The notes: generated by a model not told the origin, from the sequence alone. A stretch of 64,000 bases of DNA from Octopus vulgaris (GCA_951406725.2 OX597822.1:67146001-67210000); one strand, 5' to 3'. Positions 1 through 12,877 are shown, numbered from the stretch's first letter. Numbers and translations: made by a program.

Positions 1-73
1 GAAGCTAAGCAACATCAAGCCTAGTTAATCCTTAGATGGGTGACTGCTTTGGAAACTTAGTTGCTGTAGGCAT
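1..73 (+). pseudogene. 3' part of a 5S rRNA-derived sequence, cut by the window start
   Basis: GAAGCTAAGCAACATCAAGCCTAGTTAATCCTTAGATGGGTGACTGC...TGCTGTAGGC aligns by eye to the 3' ~70 nt of metazoan 5S rRNA (box A, IE, box C), with CpG-type decay and no oligo-T terminator. Confidence 0.85.
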
Positions 74-147
74 CTCACACTCTATTGGTAGTACTCCAGC
101 ATGGTCACATCCTTAGAGCTTAAAGGTATAACAGAATAAAAGAATAT
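1..147 (+). mobile_element. Candidate 5S-headed SINE (SINE3-like) with a CR1/L2-type 3' tail
   Basis: The 5S segment is followed after ~14 nt by GGTAGTACTCCAGCATGGTCACA...GCTTAAA...GAATAAAAGAATA, similar to the LINE tail at 2369-2410 (-) and the SINE family A tail. Confidence 0.6.
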
Positions 148-929
148 ACTAGTATAATAGAAGGAATGTTTAGAGCGTCAAAAATGATTACGACATATAC
201 TTCGGTTCTTTATGCTATGATATTAAATCTCGGCCATGCTAATTTTAAGATACTCTCAACGGGATGTACAAAAGCAACGTACTGAAAGTGGTAGAGAACT
301 TCATTTTATTAGTTGAAATCTCTGTTATCTTCGCATTAAATGCCAGGCCGTGTGTCGATATTAGATACAATTGTAAAACTGTTTTAAATGACTATATTAG
401 AACTTAGATGAACATAAGATTTCTCTAAGTTTAGTCACTGGAACTAAAAGATAATCTCAGTGCTTCCTGTAAAATCGTTTAAACATCTGCAGTTTAATGC
501 CAGCTAATAATGACACATGAATAACAAAGCAATATCGCGATATCAAACTGAAGATAACGAATGTAGGTCGCTGTTTCGAAATTTACAACATAAATTCTAT
601 TTTAAAATGTTCTTTAGCGTCCGTAATAATTATACAAAGTGTTTAAATATTTATCTAGTCATCTCACACGTGTGATGAATAAAGTCAAACAGCTTGGAAT
701 GTTCTGATATTATTTACGTAGCGATTAGTATTTGTGATAAAAGACTGGTTATTATTCCCTAAAGGGCGAAAACGTACGCGGTGCAGAATAAAGTTGTGCA
801 AAAACACTTAAGAAATAGTTGCAGTGGATGTGAACATAAAATTTCTCCCTTCTTGACTCGATAACATGTATATTCCTATTCGCCTTGCTTATCAAAACAT
901 TATGTGTGTGTATGTCTGTAGATATATAT

Positions 930-1136
930 TCTTTTATTTCTTTATTTGTTTCAGTCATTAGACTGCAGCCATGCTGGAGCACCGCCTTATTCTTTGTAAG
1001 CCTGATACTTATTCTTTTGGGTGCTTTTGCCGAACTACTAAGTTACGGGGACGTAAACACACCAACACTGGATGTCAAGCGATGGTGTGGGACAAACACA
1101 CAAACGAACATATACATACACATATATATATACATA

Positions 1137-1181
<45 letters not shown>

Positions 1182-1330
1182 GGCAGGCTTCTTTCAGTTT
1201 CCTACTACCAAATCCAATCACAAGACTTTGGTCAGCCCAAGGATATAGTACAAGATACTTTCCCAAGGTGCCATGCACTAAGACTGAACCCAGAACCATG
1301 TGGTTGGTAAGTAAACTACTTACACACACA
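930..1330 (-). mobile_element. tRNA-headed SINE family A with internal (TA)/(TG) microsatellite
   Basis: Reverse complement gives the head ...GTAAGTAGTTTACTTACCAACCACATGGTTCTGGGTTCAGTC, the body CTTGGGAAAGTATCTT, and the tail GGCGGTGCTCCAGCATGGCTGCAGTCTAATGACTGAAACAAA; many homologues in the window. Confidence 0.85.
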
Positions 1331-1431
<101 letters not shown>

Positions 1432-1506
1432 GTTCCACATCATCGCGTTGTTGTGTTATTTTTGTGCTTTCATGCTTGGATTAACTATACATATATATAT
1501 ATATAT

Positions 1507-2220
<714 letters not shown>

Positions 2221-2232
2221 TGTATATATGTA

Positions 2233-2329
<97 letters not shown>

Positions 2330-2343
2330 ATATATATAATATA

Positions 2344-2950
2344 TGATTGATTGATTGATTGATTGATTCTAGTTTCAGCCTATGAGCTGTGGCCATGCTG
2401 GGGCACCGCCATTTGGTGTTGCTACTTGGTTTCACTTCATGGAGGCTTTCTAGCAACTGCTATTTGGTGCATGAGAGAGTTCGATGCAGCTGCCCTCATC
2501 TGCCCCTCCTGCCGTGAAGTTGGTTCATCTGGGACACCTGACAGGAAGAGATCCAGCTTCAGTTTAAAGACATCTGTATCCACCCCATGCAGGTCTCTCA
2601 GGTTCTTCGGGAGGATATTGAAGAGCTGTGGGCCTCGGAAAGCCCAGGCTATCACAGAATCTTGTCCTACATCTTGATGGCAAAGGTTTGGAGTCCTAGG
2701 CACCACGCAGTGGCGCCCAGTTCTGGCATTTGCGTAACTCTCGATGCCAAAGTTCAGGACATCCAGGATCTTCCAGATGTATATTATGGTATATCTTTCC
2801 GCCTACGCTCCAGGGAATATAATTTTAATGAGTCTTTCCCAGTGGCTTACATTCTGCATAGAGGCTATCTTCTTTGTGTAGCTTCGTTGGATCGCCTCAA
2901 GTTCTGTGATCAACTTGACACTGGATGGTGACCATAGCTGAGAGCAATAG
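2344..2950 (-). mobile_element. 5'-truncated CR1/L2-group LINE: ORF2 C-terminus, 3' UTR and (ATCA)n tail
   Basis: Minus-strand translation gives LKLYSLERRR...FRGPQLFNILPKNLRDLHGVDTDVFKLKLDLFLSGVPDEP...AASNSL, typical of the post-RT C-terminus of CR1/L2-group ORF2; frameshifted. Confidence 0.85.
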
Positions 2951-3002
<52 letters not shown>

Positions 3003-3003
3003 T

Positions 3004-3060
<57 letters not shown>

Positions 3061-3399
3061 TATATATTTATATATATCACTAATGGCAATAGACTGATAT
3101 GTATTTTTTTACAACAAAGTTGGAATTCAGTTGGTTTCAACGTTTTGTAATTCTCACAATTTTAGATTTGTTTAAAATCTTTAACTATTTATAAACTGTT
3201 ACATCAGCAAATACTGACGAAAACGCCAAGTATTTTCCTCCACGCATACATGTTTACATACATCCATACACATAGAGAGAGGTATACTGAACACCCAATA
3301 CGTATGTGTCTCTATGTGACTTCAATTTCAGTTTCTATCGGAAAGTCTGGATACATATTACTTTGATGGTAGAGTGGGGATTAATAAACTTACAAGAAA

Positions 3400-3950
3400 T
3401 TGAAAACGAATGAAACTGAAAATAGTTGGGTAAAGAAAAGAATGCACGGTCAATTTCAAAGAGATGTTGAAGATAAGACAGGCAGAGAAAAAATATGCCT
3501 GTGAATGACTAAAAGTGATTCAAAACCAGAAACGGAGGCTCTAATCTGTGCTGCCCAGGAACAAGCACTAAGAAGAAACTACATATAATACAGAGTAGAC
3601 AACATAGCAGAAAGAGATAAGTGCAGAATCTGTGGACAAAACGGTGAAACCGTATGGTATATTACCAGCCAATGTACGGCACTAGCCCAGAAGGAATATA
3701 AGAGACGCCACGACAATATAGCCAGGCTTGTCCGTTGGACACTTTGCAACCAGTATGGACTTGACAGAGCAAAACATTGGTACGGCCACAAACCTGAAGG
3801 CATCGTCGAAAATGAAAATGCAAACATCCAATGGGATTTTATGATTCCGTGTGACCATGTGATAGAAATAAGAAACCAGACATAGTCTTAATTGAGAAAG
3901 AAAACAAACTATACTGGATCATAGATATAGCATGCCCAGCTGACAACTTG
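3400..3950 (+). mobile_element. R4/Dong-like RLE non-LTR retrotransposon fragment (zinc knuckle and restriction-like endonuclease)
   Basis: + frame gives MHGQF...PETEALICAAQEQAL...CRICGQNGETVWYITSQC...YKRRHDNIARLVRW...WDF...KPDIVLIEK...IIDIACPAD, with in-frame stops; abuts a (TAA)n array. Confidence 0.9.
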
Positions 3951-3989
3951 GAGTCATCTTGTACAAATAGAAAGCAAAAGTCAAACATG

Positions 3990-4038
3990 TAATAATAATA
4001 ATAATAATAATAATATAATAGTAATAATAATAATAATA

Positions 4039-4088
<50 letters not shown>

Positions 4089-4151
4089 GTAATACTAATA
4101 ATAGTAATACTAATAATAATAATAATAATAATAGTAATAATAATAATAGTA

Positions 4152-4205
<54 letters not shown>

Positions 4206-4223
4206 GTAATAGTAATAATAGTA

Positions 4224-4274
<51 letters not shown>

Positions 4275-4493
4275 GTAATACTAATAATAGTAATAATAAT
4301 AATAGTAATAATAATAATAGTAATAATAATAATAATAATAATAATAGTAATAATAGTAATAGTAATAATAATAATAATAATAATAGTAATAGTAATAATA
4401 ATAGTAATAGTAATAATAATAGTAATAATAATAATGATAATAATAATAATAATAATAATAACAATAATAATAATAATGATGATGATGATGATA
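3990..4493. repeat. (TAA)n/(TAG) compound microsatellite
   Basis: Directly visible. Confidence 0.98.
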
Positions 4494-4499
4494 ACCTGC

Positions 4500-5690
4500 T
4501 CCTTTTCTATAAATTGGACCAAGACAGCCGCAAGAATTGAATAAAATAAGAGGAGCATTTGATACAATGCATAACGCGCAAAACCATAAAATATTATTGA
4601 CCAAGAAGGGAAGAATGGTAGAATAGTTTTAAATGCAAAATGGACACTAGTGATGATGTTTGGGATTTGAAAATCAATGTTGTACATTGTGAGAAATGAC
4701 TGTTAGCCACAACTAGAAAAACCGAAATTCCTGGAACTTAGAGATTTCAAGAATAGAAAGAAAACAACAGGAAAATAGCTGGAAAGAGAGAGAGAGAGGT
4801 ACACATCCATTTCCTGTAACGCACTGAGGATGCTGCATGTGAAGAAACAGCAACTGGAAATGATTTGTTGACTCACACGGTAAAATAGTGCATTGGGCTG
4901 TTAGCTAAGTCAGTGGATTTGAAGTGACTGAAAAATGATATGAAAACTAGCCAGAAATTCTCATGGTCAAATATAAAGGGTGGAGACTACATTCGGTCAT
5001 GAATGACTATGGGTTGCACCTAGAAAATTACCTTTCAAGGCAAGAGCCCAGACAAGGTTGTTTATGGAAGACCAGGAGTCGCCCATGCGCAACAACCTCT
5101 CCTTTCCACACCACCGATGCCATCCAATGGAAGGCAAAGATCGATACACCAGTGACGTCGCAACACATTTCTACAGCTGAGTGAACTGGAGTAATGTTAA
5201 ATAAAGTGTCTTGCCGAAGAACACAACACACAGCCCGGTCCGAGAATCGAACTCACTCCCTCATGACTGTGGGCCCAGCCTTCCAAACAGTGAGCCACGT
5301 ACTTTCACTGGTCAAAGAGGGTTACAGATATTTATGCGATTTTTTTCACGTCGAGTGAAGTGAGGAGTTTAGATGTGATCAAGGAAATAAAAAAGAACAG
5401 GATGAGAATATTGACAATCTCGTGTGATCAAGGACAAGACACCAAGGACTTTGAGAACACTGAGAAGTATTAGAACCTAAGCCTGGACAATAAGAAGCTG
5501 TAGGAAACAATGATGACAATTGTTTCTATGGTAACTGGTTCACGTGACACAGTATACAAACTGATATCTAAAAGGTTGAAAGATGTTGAAATTAAAAAAT
5601 GCTATCATGTATTCAAGAATAATGCTAAGAGAGGTTCTTGAAATTTTTGGAGACTTGTTGTCATCAAACGCCTGTATAACATCACTGCTA
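4500..5690 (+). mobile_element. Older degraded RLE (R4/Dong-like) fragment interrupted by a SINE
   Basis: Residual peptides HGKIVHWAV..SGFEVTEK*YEN*PE and EKY*NLSLD..KL..IVSMVTGS..RIMLREVLEI parallel the RLE C-terminus seen at 9322-9860. Confidence 0.55.
4975..5308 (-). mobile_element. tRNA-headed SINE family C
   Basis: Reverse complement gives GTGGCTCACTG...GAGTTCGATTCTCGG...GTTGTGTTCTTCGGCAAGACACTTTATTT...CTCCAGTTCACTCAGCTGTAGAAATG; related heads/cores at 15075-15290, 18910-19125, 32903-33220 and 59270-59445. Confidence 0.75.
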
Positions 5691-6186
5691 ATTAAGTTGG
5701 CATGTAATAGCACTTGTATAAGGATAATGATGATGACGATAACAATTCTGATAATATTATTAACGATAATAATAACAACAGGATTATTACTGTTATTATC
5801 ATCATCATCATCATTATTATTGTTATTACGATGATAGTGATGTTCATATCGTTAACAAGAGCAATAAATACCAATAAATGAAAATACAAATAGACAGCAA
5901 TAAACACGAATCAATAGAAACAGAATAGAGGAACAAGAAAGGATTTTTAAAATGGAGGGATTCACGCACATAAAATGATACGCGTACCACTACCAGTCAA
6001 CAAGCAGAAATCTTTATTATTACTCTGACACATCAAAAACAAATGCTCTCTTCTAATTCTTGCTGCCAAGCGACACACACCGAATTAGAATAATCCTGAT
6101 TATCTACTCAAATCAGTTTTCACTCACGACTCATAAAGTTTGCTGGTTGAAAGCAGCGTTGTGTCTCCTTTCACTTTTCTCTTTAA

Positions 6187-6836
6187 ATCGTGAAGTATAA
6201 TTACTACTTGAATGTGGCTAACCCTTAAGGGTGGATGCTACTGTAGCTTGTAGCCTCAGGAGGACATCTCCTCCAGCTAGCTATTGAAACAATTTCTGAG
6301 CCCTATCAGTATTTGGAAAGGGAAGCCATCCTTCCCATCTGCAACCTGTATGATAAACACGGACTCGAGTTTCTAGGTATTGACCCAGAAACAATCCAGG
6401 GTTAGCCACATTTAATTGGCAAATATACTTCACGATGTCGTGAAGCTACTGTGTATACCTCGCTCAGAGATTTATTATTGCTTGTTTACACTTTTTCGAT
6501 ATCAGTGACTTTTCGTCACTGTAAAATGGATAGATATTTGCAAAAGGAATTATTTTTCATTGACAACCGGTGATTGTCACACGCTGAGGACGGGTCAATA
6601 CCCAGAAACTCGAGTGCGTGTATATCATACAGGTTGAAGATGGGAAGGATGGCTTCCCTTTGCAAATACTGATAGGGCACAGAAAGTGTGTCAATAGCCA
6701 GCTGGAGGAGGTGTTCTCCTGGACCTACAAGCTACAGTAGCATCCACCCTTAAGGGTTAGCCACATTTAAGTGGAAAATGTACTTCACGATGTCGTGCAG
6801 TTACTGTTTTTACTTCGTTCAGAGATTTATTATTGG
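6187..6836. mobile_element. Non-coding ~355 bp repeat unit with a hammerhead motif, in partial tandem (6399-6836, +) plus an inverted copy (6187-6386, -)
   Basis: GGGTTAGCCACATTTAA...CAGAGATTTATTATTG recurs at 6399 and 6754; 6187-6386 is the reverse complement of ~6592-6791; a diverged homologue lies at ~39360-39625. Confidence 0.8.
6579..6621 (+). ncRNA. Type I minimal hammerhead ribozyme motif
   Basis: ACACG-CTGAGGA-CGGG tcaata CCC a-GAAA-CTCGAG-T(G)-CGTGT: stem I ACACG/CGTGT, canonical core, palindromic stem III. This copy has GUG at the cleavage triplet; the inverted arm reads GAAACTCGAGTCCGTGT (GUC). Confidence 0.75.
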
Positions 6837-6859
6837 TAAATAAATAATTTGACGCGATG

Positions 6860-7105
6860 TGGTCGATATAATCGACTAAATCAGTTTGTCTGTCCTTGTC
6901 CGTTCCCTCTGTGTTTAACCCCTTGTGAGTAGTAAAGAAATAGGTATTTCGTCTGTCTTTACATTCTGAGTTCAAATTCCGCCGAGGTCGACTTTGCCTT
7001 TCATCCTTCGGGATCGATAAATTAAATACCAGTTGTGTGCTGGAGTCGATCTAATCGACTGAAACCCTCCCCCAAAATTTCGGGCCTTGTGCCGAGAGTA
7101 GAAAT
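6860..7105 (+). mobile_element. SINE family D (core GAGGTCGACTTTGCCTTTCATCCTTTCGGGGTCGATAAA..AGTACCAG), partial
   Basis: The most abundant dispersed repeat here, with copies also at ~7925-8270, 13540-13790, 13950-14140, 18470-18650, 20725-21090, 22877-23145, 38430-39070, 45370-45490, 48465-48650, 49346-49548, 49917-50470 and 63400-63800; the core resembles Meta/MESC-type SINE central domains from memory. Confidence 0.8.
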
Positions 7106-8085
7106 GTAATTCTTAAAACCCCATCCAGCTGGATATTCATGTAAAATTTACTTAAATTATTTCGGTAATAAATACCAGTCATGTACGTTTACCTTATACA
7201 GAATTCGTGTACGAGTTAACATTTGCTCGAAGAGTCTAGATTCCTAACGATAATATGAGGTATGACATAAACTAGTGATTCACTGAGTTTCTGTTGATGA
7301 TGAAATATAGTATGATCCGACTAAGGTTGCTTGTTAGCATTAATTGCCTTTAAAGCTGTAACACTCATTTAATATAACATTATAAAGCGTTAAACTCCTG
7401 ACATACCACCACAATTGATTTCAGTAACACTTGTCGAGAATATACTTAAATGGCTTTCCATTACGAACTTAAGGCATATAGAGGAACTTCAAGCCTGTAT
7501 CGTAATGGAAAGTTAAACCATAATGAATCTACAGAACTATTGCTGTTTCCGTTTGTAAAATACGTCTCGCTCTTCATTATGGTAGCTTGGCGGAATCAAA
7601 TAACGTAGTTATTATTGTTGTTGGTGTTGATCTTGTTTCTGATGTCGTCGTTGTTTTTGTTTAATTGCCAGGATTACACACAATATGCAAACCAGTAATA
7701 CACGTTCCGTTCTAAATATGAACCGCGAATTGTTGATGACTACGTAAGTCCTTATGTTTTTTCGTTTTAAAGACGTCACAATCTTATCTGAACTGATCAA
7801 CGCCTCTAAATTAGCTCGTACACGAATTCTGTATAAGGTAAACGTACATGACTAGTATTTATTACCGAAATAATTTAAGTAAAATTTATATGAATTTCCA
7901 GCTGGGTGGGGTTTTAGGAATTACATTTCTACTCTCGGCAGAAGGCCCGAAATTTGTGTGGAGGGACCAGTCTATTAGATCGACTCCAGTACACAACTGG
8001 TATTTAACTTATCGACCACGAAGGATAAAAGGCAAAGTTGACCTCGGTGGAATTTGAACTCAGAACGTACCGTCAGACGAAATAC
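6945..8085. repeat. Inverted duplication: arms ~6945-7219 and ~7811-8085, spacer ~590 bp
   Basis: GTAATTCTTAAAACCCC...CTTATACAGAATTCGTGTACGAG (7106-7215) is the reverse complement of CTCGTACACGAATTCTGTATAAGG...GGGGTTTTAGGAATTAC (7816-7925); both arms extend into SINE D. Confidence 0.85.
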
Positions 8086-9006
8086 CGCTAAGCATTTCGC
8101 TCGGCGTGCTAACGTCTCCGCTAGCTCGCCGCATTTAAGATTCTTTTCTCCTCTCGACACAAGGCTCGAAATTTTGGGGTGGGGGTCAGTCGATTAGATC
8201 GACACCAGTACGCCACTGGTACTTAATTTATCTACCTCCTAAAGGAGGAAAGGCTCGCCTTGTCGCCTTAATTTCAAGAATTACTATACTGAACGTCCAA
8301 TGAACTGTGTATACAGTTTACTACATACCACAGCGCTTTACCATATTTTCCAAACTGTAACACACCAAAACAAATGCTTAAACTACATTATATTTTGTGC
8401 CAAATGAGATAGAATCTTCCCGATTAAATCGAAAGTATCACCAACACAGCACTTACTGTCAGTTGTATTATCTCCGTTATGTGTAAACGATGTGTAAACG
8501 CATAATTTTTATTCTGAATGTAAAGAGATGATCTACATATTTAAAATGCGTAGAGCTTGTCACGCTAACGTTTCCATCAATATACCGGTTTTAAATTTTC
8601 ATATATATACACAAGAAAATCACATCACTTTTCATTAAGTCTGCAATCATTTACTTAAAAAATATTTTACATATATGTATTTGTTCAACTTTAAAAATTA
8701 CTGTTTTTCATTTCTGTTGAAGTTCAAACTAAGCTATTGGTATATATATATTTTTTTACCAATTGTTATAGAAATGTAATAATATTTTGATCATTAAGAG
8801 AAATTCATTTAAGATTCAATACTCAAAAGACTAGCCTTCATATAGTTACGTCTACTACAATTAAGTTCAAATTAATGTCAACATCACCATCATTATTAGC
8901 AACGAACCATCAACACCATCGCCTATACATATACTTCCCAAGAACGAAACGTCAATTATCATACTCACAACCATCTTCAACCATTACTATTCATTACTAC
9001 CACAAC

Positions 9007-9103
9007 TAATAATAATACTACTACTAATAATAATAATAATGATGATGATGATGATAACAATAATAATAATAATTATAATGATAACAATAATAACAACAAC
9101 AAC

Positions 9104-9165
<62 letters not shown>

Positions 9166-9269
9166 TAATAACAAGAACAACAACAATAATAATAATAACA
9201 ATAATAACAAGAACAACAGCAACAATAATAATAATAATAATAACAATAATAACAAGAACAACAATAATC

Positions 9270-9322
<53 letters not shown>
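9007..9322. repeat. (TAA)n/(CAA) compound microsatellite
   Basis: Directly visible. Confidence 0.97.
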
Positions 9323-9323
<1 letters not shown>

Positions 9324-9865
9324 TGCAGAGCAATCCACTGGGAACTTTGTAGAAAGCAAGGATTTGAGCATACTGATTAATGATGGTATGAACATGAACC
9401 TAGTAAAGTACTAGAAAGGAAGAAGTACAAGATATTGTGAGACTTTAACATACGGACTGATTTTGTAGTCGGAAATAAGAAAATAGAAAGTGCCAGATAA
9501 TTTACTTTACAGTTTCAAATGATGAAAAAATTAGTATGCGAAGTATAGGAAAAATAGCAAAGTACCAGGACCTAGACATTGAATTACAGAGACTATGGAA
9601 AGTGTGGGTAAAACTTATCCCAGTAGTTATAGGTGCATTGGGAACTATCTCTAAAGATCTGAACAGATGGATAGAAGAAATAGCTTAGTACAGCTGCAGG
9701 AAACAGTGTTACTAGGGAGAGCTAGGATACTTAGGAGGGGTCTTGGCATCTAAGGTTACTTGCAGTAACCCAATAGGTGGGTTCTTGGCATCTAAGGCAA
9801 CTTGCTGTAGCCCAATGTTAGGATTCTTTTCTTTTCCAACAGTCTAATCTGTTGAGTGTATATGA
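9322..9865 (+). mobile_element. 5'-truncated R4/Dong-like RLE LINE 3' end
   Basis: RAIHWELCRKQGFEH..WYEHEPSKVLE..KIL*DFNIRTD..KYQDLDIELQRLWKV..IPVVIGALGTI..LQETVLLGRARILRR; TAA repeats on both flanks; ~40 nt tandem duplication at the stop codon. Confidence 0.9.
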
Positions 9866-9896
9866 ATAATAACGATAATACTAACAGCAAAAACAC

Positions 9897-9919
9897 AGCA
9901 GCAGCAGCAGCAGTAGTAC

Positions 9920-9967
<48 letters not shown>

Positions 9968-9968
9968 A

Positions 9969-10047
<79 letters not shown>

Positions 10048-10440
10048 ATGATGTTGATACCAGTAAGAATTGATGTATTATTAGTTCTTGTGATACTAAT
10101 GCTATTGATAATAATACAATAATGGCGGTTAAATCTGTCACAAGAAATGCAATTTCCACATCAGGCATCAGCACGATCACCACTGTCATGGCATCCAGCA
10201 AACAACATTACAAGTGAAACAGCATGCGTAATTAAAGTGAACGTAAAAGTAATTAGATATACAAGTATTCCCTGCACCACCACCAACAACACCACCACCA
10301 CCACCACTCCTTTCGTTACCATTGCAAATATCACTCGAGTGTTATCATAAACGAAGAACATCAATCGCATATACAAACATAAATTGAAATACGTCTCCGA
10401 ACACAACCACCATTTGCACTGACGTCAACATCATCATCAC

Positions 10441-10490
<50 letters not shown>

Positions 10491-10852
10491 CCATCATCAC
10501 CAGCCTAAGCACCATCATCATCATCATTATCATCATTATCTTCACCATCATCATCGTCGTCGTCTTCGACGTCGTTGTCGTTGTGATCATCATCATCAAT
10601 TACGTAACGTCGTCGTATCATCATCAGCAGCAGCACCACCACCACCATCAATATCACCATCATTATCATCATCACCATCATCATTGTCGTCCTCGTCGTC
10701 GTCGTCATTGTCATCATTATCATCATCATTATCAGCAGCATCATCATCATCATCATCCTCATCCTTCTCATCATTATCATCATCATCATCAACTACATAC
10801 GTCATCATCATCTTTGTCAGTTACATATGTTATCGTATCATCATCATCATCA
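9897..10852. repeat. (GCA)n/(GTA)n and (CAT)n/(CGT) trinucleotide tracts
   Basis: Directly visible at 9897-10050 and 10425-10852. Confidence 0.95.
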
Positions 10853-10877
10853 ACACTGAATTACATCATAAAACCAC

Positions 10878-10884
10878 TGTAGCG

Positions 10885-10939
<55 letters not shown>

Positions 10940-11890
10940 ATATATATATACATGAAAAAAGACGTAGTTGATAGCAGCTAACCTTCGGATGGTCTTTTTC
11001 ACCCTGTTGTATCCACTACTACGATTGGTTGGCATTGGTGCATTTCATCTCTTGCTCTATTACGCGCCAATGTGAAACCCAACCAATCGCAGTCTTCTGA
11101 TAAGGTCACGTGAGAAGTCTCTTCCAATCTTCCGGTGAGCCGATAATTTGCTATAAAATACTAGCTTTAACAACGTATTTCGTCTTTCGGTTCTAGACCT
11201 TCTGACACCTAGCTACTGACCACAGAGCACACAGCCAGTTCCAGCGACAACACCAAGAGCCACATTGGAGACTCAACCATCGTCCAACAGCATACAGCAA
11301 TCTCCATCTCCGTCGCTTTCATCTCAACGTCGTCAACAACATCTCTTTACGTACACGGCAACCAGCAACATTCGCTCAGGTCCATCGCAACACTGTTCGT
11401 GAATCACTTCACCATAATTAACAGTAAATAAACCTGCGAGAACTTCCTGTATCAAGTGACCAGCAGGAGCATAGTAGCCACAGCTTCACGCATGACATGT
11501 GCCTCGACCGGCTCTTCTTCTTCACCACAACTTCAGCTATCGTGTATCTTGACTACGAACTGTTATTTATTCATCCTTGTGTCTGAACATTCTTCTAACG
11601 TCATATTATAAACTCTTCATTGCTGTGTACTTATAGCACACGCAAACATCCATGTTTGCACACACACTTTGAATACTTAACGGCCTGCCTATTATTATGC
11701 ATATATGACGCACACACAGACACACATGTTAACACATAAATAAAATCTTCTCTTAACATTCTACTGGTTGTGTATCTCTTTTCATTCTGGCACTCATACA
11801 CATTTATCCTTTTCGCATTTATTGTAATCGACCGTGCGATGTATTAAAAGAGCCATTCTAGTCACCTCTCCTTCGCACGGTCGTTCTACA
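10878..11890 (+). mobile_element. Solo LTR (1013 bp) with 4-bp TSD, probably Gypsy/Ty3-type
   Basis: Termini TGTAG...CTACA flanked on both sides by CCAC; internal CCAAT boxes (~11068, 11083), TATAAAA (~11153) and AATAAA (~11739). Confidence 0.75.
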
Positions 11891-12825
11891 CCACAAAGCG
11901 AACCAAGAGCCAATACCACAAGCAACGCGATTGTTACAATTCTTACAGAAATTTCTCCATACAATCATTTTACTTGGAAGAAAAAATATCAAAATCTTTC
12001 TAGAATACTAATCTACTGTCATAAAAATGGAGGTAATATACAGGATAAAAAACAGAATAGCAAACTGCAGATACGAAAATATTTCTGAATGTCAGCAGAA
12101 GGATGTTATGCTTTTATTTAAACTGTTTGGACTGTTTATTTTTACGAGAATGATATTTTTACCTAAGAAATATGAGAACGACAAAAGCAAAAAAAAAAAA
12201 AAACCTTCACGAAGAGCGTTATGCATATGCATAAATGTCTATAAATGTTAGTTTCTTTCAAAGTCAACAAAATAGTTAAAACAAATGTTGTTAAAAAAAT
12301 AAGTAAATCAAAACATGATTTACTTATACTCTTATGAAATACACGATTTTACAGAAAAAAATAATAATAATTACAACAGCAAAGATTGAAATATCAACAA
12401 GAAAACCACGGAGAACACTGGTTATCTTCCCTTCCCAACATCACTGAAACACACAGAATATATGTAAACACACGCTTCGTACACCATATATCAGAAATAT
12501 TGCATAAATTCTAAAACAGTACATTAACCGTATTGAAAAAAAATGTCTCGTGGATCTCAGAGATTTTATCATCAAACACGACATTCACAAAGCAATAATC
12601 CAGCAAAAAATCTTGCTACCAAAAACAGTGAATGTATAGTATTCCAAACTGTGATCAGATCACAGTAGATTCGCATTTTCACGATACAAGCTGTGTGATA
12701 GCATACATGAAAACAGATCTTCAATTCAATTTAATCATATCACAAAATGTGTTTGTAAAGTAATAAGAGACGATACCTCACTAGTAACAAATGTTTTCAA
12801 AATGTCAATCAATATCAACTACATT

Positions 12826-12877
<52 letters not shown>

